Part shown: one piece after another, positions 10,799 through 21,167 of the stretch | Layout of the letters: every line of letters begins with the position of its first letter | Numbering within the stretch: position 1 is the stretch's first letter | From: Nemertoderma westbladi | Lineage: Eukaryota > Animalia > Xenacoelomorpha | NCBI GenBank assembly: GCA_032718475.1 | Contig: JAUCBJ010002273.1 | Coordinates: forward strand, 62,001 to 126,000 | Reading direction: 5' to 3' | Length of the DNA stretch: 64,000 nt | Notes under the pieces: model-generated | What the model saw: only the letters and a program-made list of their open reading frames with translations | The model's database searches: none | What the model was told of the DNA's origin: nothing | Position numbers and translations under genes: made by a program

Positions 10799-13700
10799 CC
10801 GAGATAATAAGTCGGGATCCCGAGATAATAAGTCGGGATCCCGAGATAGTAAGTCGGGATCCCGAGATAATAAGTCGGGGCCCCGAGATAATGAATCGGG
10901 ATCCCGAGATAATAAGTCGGGATCCCGAGATAATAAATCGGGATCCCGAGATAATAAGTCGGGATCCCGAGATAATAAGTCGGGATCCCGAGATAATAAT
11001 TCGGGATCCCGAGATAATAAGTCGGGATCCCGAGATAATAAGTCGGGATCCCGAGATAATAAGTCGGGATCCCGAGATAATAAATCGGGATCCCGAGATA
11101 ATAAGTCGGGATCCCGAGATAATAAATCGGGATCCCGAGATAATAAATCGGGATCCCGAGATAATAAGTGGGGATCCCGAGATAATAAGTGGGGATCCCG
11201 AGATAATAAGTCGGGATCCCGAGATAATAAGTCGGGATCCCGAGATAATAAGTGGGGATCCTGAGATAATAAGTGGGTATCCCGAGATAGTAAGTCGGGT
11301 TCCCGAGATAATAAGTCGGGATCCCGAGATAATAAGTCGGGATCCCGAGATAATAAGTGGGGATCCCGAGATAGTAAGTCGGGGCCCCGAGATAATAAGT
11401 CGGGATCCCGAGATAATAAGTCGGGATCCCGAGATAATAAGTCGGGATCCCGAGATAATAAGTCGGGATCCCGAGATAATAAGTGGGGATCCTGAGATAA
11501 TAAGTGGGGATCCCGAGATAGTAAGTCGGGATCCCGAGATAATAAGTCGGGATCCCGAGATAATAAGTCGGGATCCCGAGATAATAAGACGGGATCCCGA
11601 GATAATAAGTGGGGATCCTGAGATAATATGTGGGGATCCCGAGATAATAAGTCGGGATCCCGAGATAATAAGTCGGGATCCCGAGATAATAAGTCGGGAT
11701 CCCGAGATAATAAGTGGGGATACTGAGATAATAAGTGGGGATCCCGAGATAATAAGTCGGGATCCCGAGATAATAAGTGGGGATCCTGAGATAATAAGTG
11801 GGGATCCCGAGATAATAAGTCGGGATCCCGAGATAATAAGTCGGGGCCCCGAGATAATAAATCGGGATCCCGAGATAATAAGTCGGGATCCCGAGATAAT
11901 AAGTGGGGATCCTGAGATAATAAGTGGGGATCCCGAGATAGTAAGTCGGGATCCCGAGATAATAAGTCGGGATCCCGAGATAATAAGTGGGGATCCTGAG
12001 ATAATAAGTGGGGATCCCGAGATAGTAAGTCGGGATCCCGAGATAATAAGTCGAGATCCCGAGATAGTAAGTCGGGATCCCGAGATAATAAGTCGGGATC
12101 CCGAGATAATAAGTGGGGATCCTGAGATAATAAGTGGGGATCCCGAGATAGTAAGTCGGGATCCCGAGATAATAAGTGGGGATCCCGAGATAGTAACTCG
12201 GGATCCCGAAATAATAAGTCGGGATCCCGAGATAATAAGTGGGGATCCCGAGATAATAAGTGGGGATCCCGAGGTAATAAGTCGGGATCCCGAGATAATA
12301 AGTGGGGATCCCGAGATAATAAGTCGGGATCCCGAGATAATAAGTCGGGATCCTGAGATAATAAGTCGGGGCCCCGAAATAATAAGTCGGGATCCCGAGA
12401 TAATATGTCGGGATCCTGAGATAATAAGTGGGGATCCCGAGATAGTAACTCGGGATCCCGAGATAATAAGTCTGGATCCCGAGATAATAAGTGGGGATCC
12501 CGAGATAATAAGTGGGGATCCCGAGATAGTAAGTCGGGATCCCGAGATAATAAGTGGGGATCCCGAGATATAAGTCGGGATCCCGAGATAATAAGTCGGG
12601 ATCCCGAGATAATAAGTCGGGATCCTGAGATAATAAGTCGGGATCCCGAGATAATAAGTCGGGGCCCCGAGATAATAAATCGGGATCCCGAGATAATAAG
12701 TCGGGATCCCGAGATAATAAGTCGGGATCCCGAGATAATAAATCGGGATCCCGAGATAATAAGTCGGGATCCCGAGATAGTAAGTCGGGATCCCGAGATA
12801 ATAAGTCGGGATCCCGAGATAATAAGTGGGGATCCTGAGATAATAAGTGGGGATCCCGAGATAATAAGTGGGGAACCTGAGATAATAAGTGGGGATCCCG
12901 AGATAGTAAGTCGGGATCCCGAGATAATAAGTCGGGGCCCCGAGATAATAAATCGGGATCCCGAGATAATAAGTCGGGATCCCGAGATAATAAATCGGGA
13001 TCCCGAGATAATAAATCGGGATCCCGAGATAATAAGTCGGGATCCCGAGATAATAAGTCGGGATCCCGAGATAATAAATCGGGATCCCGAGATAATAAGT
13101 CGGGATCCCGAGATAATAAGTCGGGATCCCGAGATAATAAGTCGAGATCCCGAGATAGTAAGTCGGGATCCCGAGATAATAAGTCGGGATCCCGAGATAA
13201 TAAGTGGGGATCCTGAGATAATAAGTGGGGATCCCGAGATAGTAAGTCGGGATCCCGAGATAATAAGTGGGGATCCCGAGATAGTAACTCGGGATCCCGA
13301 AATAATAAGTCGGGATCCCGAGATAATAAGTGGGGATCCCGAGATAATAAGTGGGGATCCCGAGGTAATAAGTCGGGATCCCGAGATAATAAGTGGGGAT
13401 CCCGAGATAATAAGTCGGGATCCCGAGATAATAAGTCGGGATCCTGAGATAATAAGTCGGGGCCCCGAAATAATAAGTCGGGATCCCGAGATAATATGTC
13501 GGGATCCTGAGATAATAAGTGGGGATCCCGAGATAGTAACTCGGGATCCCGAGATAATAAGTCTGGATCCCGAGATAATAAGTGGGGATCCCGAGATAAT
13601 AAGTGGGGATCGCGAGGTAGTAAGTCGGGATCCCGAGATAATAAGTGGGGATCCCGAGATATAAGTCGGGATCCCGAGATAATAAGTCGGGATCCCGAGA

Positions 13701-15470
13701 TAATAAGTCGGGATCCTGAGATAATAAGTCGGGATCCCGAGATAATAAGTCGGGGCCCCGAAATAATAAGTCGGGATCCCGAGATAATACGTCGGGATCC
13801 TGAGATAATAAGTGGGGATCGCGAGATAATAAGTCGGGATCCCGAGATAATAAGTCGGGGCCCCGAGATAATAAATCGGGATCCCGAGATAATAAGTCGG
13901 GATCCCGAGATAATAAGTCGGGATCCCGAGATAATAAATCGGGATCCCGAGATAATAAGTCGGGATCCCGAGATAGTAAGTCGGGATCCCGAGATAATAA
14001 GTCGGGATCCCGAGATAATAAGTGGGGATCCTGAGATAATAAGTGGGGATCCCGAGATAATAAGTGGGGATCCTGAGATAATAAGTGGGGATCCCGAGAT
14101 AGTAAGTCGGGATCCCGAGATAATAAGTCGGGGCCCCGAGATAATAAATCGGGATCCCGAGATAATAAGTCGGGATCCCGAGATAATAAATCGGGATCCC
14201 GAGATAATAAATCGGGATCCCGAGATAATAAGTCGGGATCCCGAGATAATAAGTCGGGATCCCGAGATAATAAATCGGGATCCCGAGATAATAAGTCGGG
14301 ATCCCGAGATAATAAGTCGGGATCCCGAGATAATAATTCGGGATCCCGAGATAATAAGTCGGGATCCCGAGATAATAAGTGGGGATCCCGAGATAATAAG
14401 TGGGGATCCTGAGATAATAAGTGGGGATCCCGAGATAATAAGTGGGGATCCCGAGATAATAAGTCGGGATCCCGAGATAATAAGTCGGGATCCCGAGATA
14501 ATAAGTCGGGATCCCGAGATAATAAGTGGGGATCCTGAGATAATAAGTGGGGATCCCGAGATAATAAGTCGGGATCCCGAGATAATAAGTGGGGATCCTG
14601 AGATAATAAGTGGGGATCCCGAGATAATAAGTCGGGATCCCGAGGTAGTAAGTCGGGATCCCGAGATAATAAGTGGGGATCCCGAGATATAAGTCGGGAT
14701 CCCGAGATAATAAGTCGGGATCCCGAGATAATAAGTCGGGATCCTGAGATAATAAGTCGGGATCCCGAGATAATAAGTCGGGGCCCCGAAATAATAAGTC
14801 GGGATCCCGAGATAATACGTCGGGATCCTGAGATAATAAGTGGGGATCCCGAGATAGTAACTCGAGATCCCGAGATAATAAGTCGGGATCCCGAGATAAT
14901 AAGTCGGGGCCCCGAGATAATAAATCGGGATCCCGAGATAATAAGTCGGGATCCCGAGATAATAAGTCGGGATCCCGAGATAATAAATCGGGATCCCGAG
15001 GTAATAAGTCGGGATCCCGAGATAATAAATCGGGATCCCGAGATAATAAGTCGGGATCCCGAGATAATAAGTCGGGATCCCGAGATAATAAGTCGGGATC
15101 CCGAGATAATAAATCGGGATCCCGAGATAATAAGTCGGGATCCCGAGATAATAAGTCGGGATCCCGAGATAATAATTCGGGATCCCGAGATAATAAGTCG
15201 GGATCCCGAGATAATAAGTCGGGATCCCGAGATAATAAGTCGGGATCCCGAGATAATAAATCGGGATCCCGAGATAATAAGTCGGGATCCCGAGATAATA
15301 AATCGGGATCCCGAGATAATAAGTCGGGATCCCGAGATAATAAGTCGTGATCCTGAGATAATAAGTCGGGATCCCGAGATAATAAGTCGGGATCCCGAGA
15401 TAATAAGTCGGGATCCCGAGATAATAAGTCGGGATCCCGAGATAATAAGTCGGGATCCCGAGATAATAAG
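10799..15470. repeat. 21-bp tandem array (CCGAGATAATAAGTCGGGATC)n, ~222 units
   Basis: Directly visible; each unit is the 12-bp perfect palindrome TCGGGATCCCGA (BamHI core) plus GATAATAAG; recurrent variants AAGTGGGG, AAATCGGG, GATAGTAA, TCCTGAG, GGGGCCCC. Confidence 0.99.
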
Positions 15471-15656
15471 GATGACGAAAACATAGAGAAAATGAAAGGT
15501 TCTTAAAAAGGTTGCGGAAAAAATTATTAAACATTTTATTAATCCCGCAAACGTGTTCTAGAATAACAATTTAAAAATAACAAAAACTAGCTATTTATAG
15601 TATTTTAATTTTGAACTATTTTTAAAAATTTAATAGAATTATAAAAATAATAGAAT

Positions 15657-15705
15657 AATTCAATTCAATTTCAATTTCATTCCCGGCTTGCGCCCCGGTG
15701 GCTAT
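15657..15705 (-). mobile_element. Possible 3' end of an L2/CR1-type LINE or SINE remnant
   Basis: Minus strand reads GCCACCGGGGCGCAAGCCGGG-AATGAAATTGAAATTGAATTGAA: a GC-rich potential stem-loop followed by a (TTGAA)n-type tail. No coding sequence seen. Confidence 0.3.
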
Positions 15706-17091
15706 ATTATATATTCAATATATAGGTCTCAAATAATAAAACTATATATAAAATGGTCATACACACAAATAATATTGATAGATGTTGACGAACATACTAC
15801 TGTAGCTAGTATAAAAAAATACCTTATATTAGGTAATTATTTCCTATATTAGGTAAATTCAATAAGAAATTACTATAATACACTCTGTTATTAATAGTAT
15901 ACAAGACATCACGAGCGAGAAATAAGTGGATTATTTACGGCTCGACCATAGACGAGCGTTAAATATTCCAGAAATTTAACAATAAAAGATAATAATTAAA
16001 TCGATAAGTTGAGATAATGTAACAAAATTACGAACACCATTGTGTGAATGGGGGGGGGGGGGGGGGGGGCTTCACAAAATGGTGTACGTGGGGCACTATT
16101 TAGCGTTTATGAAAATAAGATAAATAGATGGACCTGTAAAACAGTGACAGATTATAAACTGTTGTGGGGTTGGGGCGCCCATGTGAATAATACCAGGTTT
16201 TCAGCATTGCAACATTTTATTGCAATAATAATTTTAAATAATGGAGAATTTGTTTTTTTTTAATTCCTCTTATTTAAAGTGTTTTATAACGTTCAATTAT
16301 TATACCTTCCATTACTAATCCGTTTATTGTTTTGGTTAGATTCGGCCCTTCTGAAACCTGTGTTTTTAGTGAGAACTTGGTATTCTTCACATTGGGGCAT
16401 ATCGGAAACATAATGTATTATGCTTTCTTAACACAACCAAAATGCACTTCTAAAAAATACCAGTAAACATTGGTCATTACAGTTGTTTGGTTTTGGCTAT
16501 AATTTGGAATATATAGGTACCTAAGATGCTATTCTACATGACAGGTTAGAAAAATTTAATTTTTCGCTATTTAATATTAGTTAATACTAGATAACAATAA
16601 AAAAAAACTTGGTTGCGCTTAAAACCCTAAGGCTTTTACAGTTTTGAATTTAATCAGATGAAAGTTTTTTTATATAATAGATCAAAGATGGGGCAACATA
16701 ACTATCAGGCGAAATTTTGTGAAAATAATTCTGCACCGCTAGGTAGCGCTGCAAATTTATGCTAATTTTTTAGGTTTGTTATAAATAGTATTAAATTTTA
16801 TTAACAAAAAATTTCAAAAAAGTTGTCTGCTGATTCTTTTATGCTTATTACAATAGAATAATATAGAAAATACCGTTAGGTATATTGTATAGATATCACA
16901 GTTACTGGTATTGTGTGTTACATGGAATGTAGTTCATCTTCAACCATGAATGTTAAGCCGAAAATCAATGAGTATTAATTAATGTTATGTTAGTGCTAAA
17001 TGGGGAGCTATGGTAGAAATTTCAATGTAATTGCTACAACAAATGTTTATTCTAACTAAGGTTTAACATTACATATAACATTACACTAAAT

Positions 17092-17319
17092 ACGAAACAC
17101 TGGGGACTACAGCGAATACCCAAACATCACGCATCCTGTTGACACCCCAAAACGTCCCTAACCCAAAACACTAACACCAACATATGCAAAAAAAATAATA
17201 TATATTGCAATGTAATTAAATATGTACTAAATTTCCAGAACAAAAGATACCCAGTGGAGGTAGATGGTGTCTAGAAGACCAATCTCAACAATAACCCTTC
17301 CATTTACAGATAATAAAAC
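17092..17319 (+). repeat. Dispersed ~228-bp repeat, copy 1
   Basis: ACGAAACA.TGGGGACTACAGCGAATACCCAAACATCACGC...CCCAGTGGAGGTAGATGGTGTCTAGA...TTTACAGATAATAAAAC matches 24877-25105 in direct orientation with scattered mismatches. Confidence 0.93.
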
Positions 17320-17327
17320 ACAGATTT

Positions 17328-17410
17328 TCGGCTGATAGTCCCGAAGAACGTGTTGGGAAGTGGAAAAATCACTTCAACAACTTGCTTGGGCAGCCACCAA
17401 ACATCGAGGT
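17328..17410 (+). pseudogene. Short fragment of RTE-like LINE ORF2
   Basis: Translates SADSPEERVGKWKNHFNNLLGQPPNIE, resembling the W..HF..LLG.PP linker between endonuclease and RT in RTE-group elements (recognition from memory). Confidence 0.5.
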
Positions 17411-18619
17411 CAGCCCTACAAGGAAATATTTTATATGCTGGATATATGTATGTTGTACGTAATTTTAGTTTACTATTATTGGTTGATATATTTACATGCC
17501 AGACAACTTTCTGTGTATTTGAGCTCGTCCCTTCCTTTTTTATCACTGTGTTAGCAAAATGAATGGAAGCGGTGTTAATGCAAATGTGTTCTTTCCGATT
17601 TTAGCTTACTTATTTTGCTCAATTTAAGCTTAAAGTTATATTTTAATGATAAAATTAATTTCGTTGTGATATTTTGACTTATTATCATTTAATCGATAAT
17701 ATGGTGATTTGATGTCATCTAGCGTCATTATTGCGTATTGTCAGTTTATCGTAAATGCCTCTAAATGGCGTTACTTTACATGCCTTGGGAAATATATAGT
17801 CTATACATACTATATATAGTATATAGTATAAGTCTCACTGCTGCTATTACCGTTGTCATTAATTGTTTAGTGGAGTCATACTTATCCATGTAGAGGGTAG
17901 AAAACCCGGTCAAGCTTTGATTGACTGGTGATTATTACTATACTAAATCTGTCAATAACGTATACTCATTCTGTTTACAATTAAATTATACATTTGGTTA
18001 TAATTACTGGTTATAATATTTGATATCGAATCGGTAAACTATTTGTTGGTTAATATAATATCGTCGATATTCCAAGATTAAAGACATTTTACACACGCCA
18101 AAACCCAGGTAGGTCTCTATAGCAAGCATTATTGTTAACCTGGACAATTGTGTCAGATCTGCGTGTGTTGTATTACCTCTAACTCAATAAATAATTAATA
18201 TATGGCGATATTTCAGACCCTTATTGCCAGCGAAGCTCTTAAGATTAAAAATACCATGATTGAGAGTTGTCATAAATTGAGTACCGTAGCGATAATAATA
18301 TAAACAGATACAGAATAGTTGCAATACGTTTCCCCTAAAGGGAAACACAATCACCAGACTTGAGCCCTTTCGTAAATAATTAGTTAGACATTTACTTGTT
18401 GTATTGTGTTGCCACACCCTCCCGGTACTGTATACCAGTAAAATATAATAGATGATCAAATACCGTATTAGACTGAGCGAAACATTGAGCAAATCAATAC
18501 ATCGTGGGAGAAAGGGGAAACAAAGTGATACACTAGAATGGCCTTCCGTTGAAGGTACACTAGCGCCATTACCGTTTCAGTGTCTCAGACGGGGAAAGAG
18601 TCAAAATATATAAAAATAG

Positions 18620-19948
18620 TAGAGGTCAACCATAGAGCGCCGCACCCGCCTCCATTAAGGAGACCAGCATAGAGGTCAACCATAGAGCGCCGCAGGTCAA
18701 CCATAGAACGCCACACCCTCCTCCATTAAGGAGCCCAGCATGGAGGTCAACCAACCATAGAGCGCCGCAGGTCAACCATAGAACGCCACACCCTCTTCCA
18801 TTAAGGCGTCCAGCATATATGTCAACCATAGAGCGCCACACCCTCCTCCATTAAGGAGACCAGCATAGAGGTCAACCATAGAGCGCCGCAGGTCAACCAT
18901 AGAACGCCACATCCTCCTCCATTAAGGAGCCCAGCATAGAGGTCAACCATAGAGCGCAACAGGTCAACCATAGAGCGCCGCAGATCAAACATAGAACGCC
19001 ACATCCTCCTCCATTAAGGAGCCCAGCATAGAGGTCAACCATAGAGCGCAACAGGTCAACCATTGAGCGCCGCAGGTCAACCATAGAACGCCACACCCTC
19101 TTCCATTAAGGCGTCCAGCATATATGTCAACCATGGAGCGCCACACCCTCCTCCATTAAGGAGACCAGCATAGAGGTCAACCATAGAGCGCCGCAGGTCA
19201 ACCATAGAGCGCCGCAGGTCAACCATAGAACGCCACACCCTCCTCCATTAAGGAGCCCAGCATGGAGGTCAACCAAACATAGAGCGCCGCAGGTCAACCA
19301 TAGAACGCCACACCCTCTTCCATTAAGGCGTCCAGCATATATGTCAACCATAGAGCGCCACACCCTCCCCCATTAAGGAGACCAGCATAGAGGTCAACCA
19401 TAGAGCGCCGCAGGTCAACCATAGAACGCCACATCCTCCTCCATTAAGGAGCCCAGCATAGAGGTCAACCATAGAGCGCAACAGGTCAACTATAGAGCGC
19501 CGCAGATCAAACATAGAACGCCACACCCTCCTCCATTAAGGCGCCCAGCATAGAGGTCAACCATAGAACGCCACACCCTCCTCCATTAAGGCGCCCAGAA
19601 TAGAAGTCAACCGTAGAGCGCCGCAGATCAACCATAGAACTCCACACCGTCTTCCATTAAGGCGCCCAGCATATATGTCAACCATAGAACGCCACACCCT
19701 TCTCCATTAAGGAGCCCAGCATAGAGGTCAACCATAGAGCGCCACAGGTCAACCATAGAGCGCCGCAGATCAAACATAGAACGCCACACCCTCCTCCATT
19801 AAGGCGCCCAGCATAGAGGTCAACCATAGAACGCCACACCTTCCTCCAATAAGGCGCCCAGCATAGAGGTCTACCATAGAACGCCACACCCTCCTCCATT
19901 AAGGAGCCCAGCATAGAGGTCAACCATAGAACGCCACACCTTCCTCCA
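18620..19948. repeat. Modular minisatellite (50-bp unit plus 21-bp sub-unit), left arm
   Basis: Long unit ATAGAGGTCAACCATAGAACGCCACACCCTCCTCCATTAAGGAGCCCAGC interspersed with 0-2 copies of CATAGAGCGCCGCAGGTCAAC. Confidence 0.97.
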
Positions 19949-20088
19949 GGCTAGACATGCTGACAAGGTCGGCGGACGACTATTGATTATATATGCTGTA
20001 CTGCTGTACTGCTTGATTGTACATGTAATTCCTTAATTTGTAAATATATAAACTGTTGATTGTAATTTTTGCCAACATAAAAATTGCA

Positions 20089-21167
20089 ATGTCAAACACA
20101 GCCAAAGACAAGCGGAAATCTAAATTCGGCCATGTTCCCAGCATTTCGCAATCCCCTGGCGTGGCGTTTGGCCAGCCTGCAACTCGAAGTTCTGGGAAAA
20201 TTGACCTCTCTAAACTGTTTAACTGCGATGGTTGTTCAGCGCTTTTCATTGACAAAGCAGCTTTCAATAATCATGCTGCCCAATGCGATTTAGGTGATCA
20301 TTCAAGTGATGGGATTGTTTCGGTGGAAAGTCTGTGTCCACATTGTGCCAAGGCAGTCCTTGGGAAAGATTGCCTGGGGTGTGACTGCTGTGGGTCTTGG
20401 ATACACACCGCATGCCTCGGCTTGGTCAAATCAGATATTCCCATTCTCACCAAGAGTAAAAACTGTAAAATAGTGTGCAACACATGCGAATCGCGTGGCA
20501 GTTTTACCATCGGGGAACCGAATGCTAATCCGGCAGCTGTTACTACGGAAACACTAATGTCGGTCGTGTCCAACCTCAAAGATTCAATTTCAAAGGGGTT
20601 TAAGCAGCTGAACTCGGATTTAGATGAGCTACGAGAAGAATCCAATGGACTAGCGTCGGGGTCTTCAGACTCACCATGGACCACAGTTAGCCAGAAGACA
20701 ACAAGGACTACGGCATCCATGATGACATCGGATGATGTAGACCGGGAAATGCGAGACAACGGAAGCGGGAGTTGAATATCGTGATTCGAGGATTACCGGT
20801 ATTAGGCAAAGACTCTGACAAAGATAATATATCTTCCCTGTTGGAGTCGGAATTCCATCAGAAAGATGCAATTGTCTCAATAGTCTCCAGCCTTCCATCC
20901 AAAGATAACAAGCCCTCTCGTGTAATCATTCGTCTCGCAAACGTTGAAACCAAGAATCTTATTCTCAGTCAAAAGAAAAAACTTCGGCAATCTGCGTTAT
21001 TCAGAGCTGTATATATCGACCAAGATCTAACCCGTTTACAAGGTGAGCAGCAGTTTAACAAACGGGAAGCTGTCCGGAATCTTAGATCAACCCGATCAAC
21101 AAACCGACCTCTATCTCCTTCTTCAATCTCATCTCCATCTCCAATATCTCCATCGGAAAACGTGTAA
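20089..21167 (+). pseudogene. LINE ORF1 (zinc finger, PHD, coiled coil, RRM-like), split by a 1-nt frameshift near 20755
   Basis: ATG 20089; CDGC-x12-H-x3-C finger; PHD CPHC...CDCCGSWIHTAC...CNTC; frame 1 ends EMRDNGSGS* whereas the alternative frame continues QRKRELNIVIRGLP...PSRVIIRL...VYIDQDLT, typical of CR1/L2 ORF1 C-terminal domains. Confidence 0.88.

Noticed and set aside
10733-15534. 1583, 1585 and 560 aa ORFs as real genes
   Set aside because: They are translations of the 21-bp repeat in different frames, switch peptide at 1-bp deletions and have no non-repetitive domain.
16049-16069. Poly-G run as a G-quadruplex element or Gly-rich ORF
   Set aside because: Simple homopolymer of uncertain length with no supporting context.
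18626-19923. Minus-strand ORFs such as MWRSMVDLYAGLLNGGGCG
   Set aside because: Minisatellite translations; the 50-bp unit is not a multiple of three and frames rotate.
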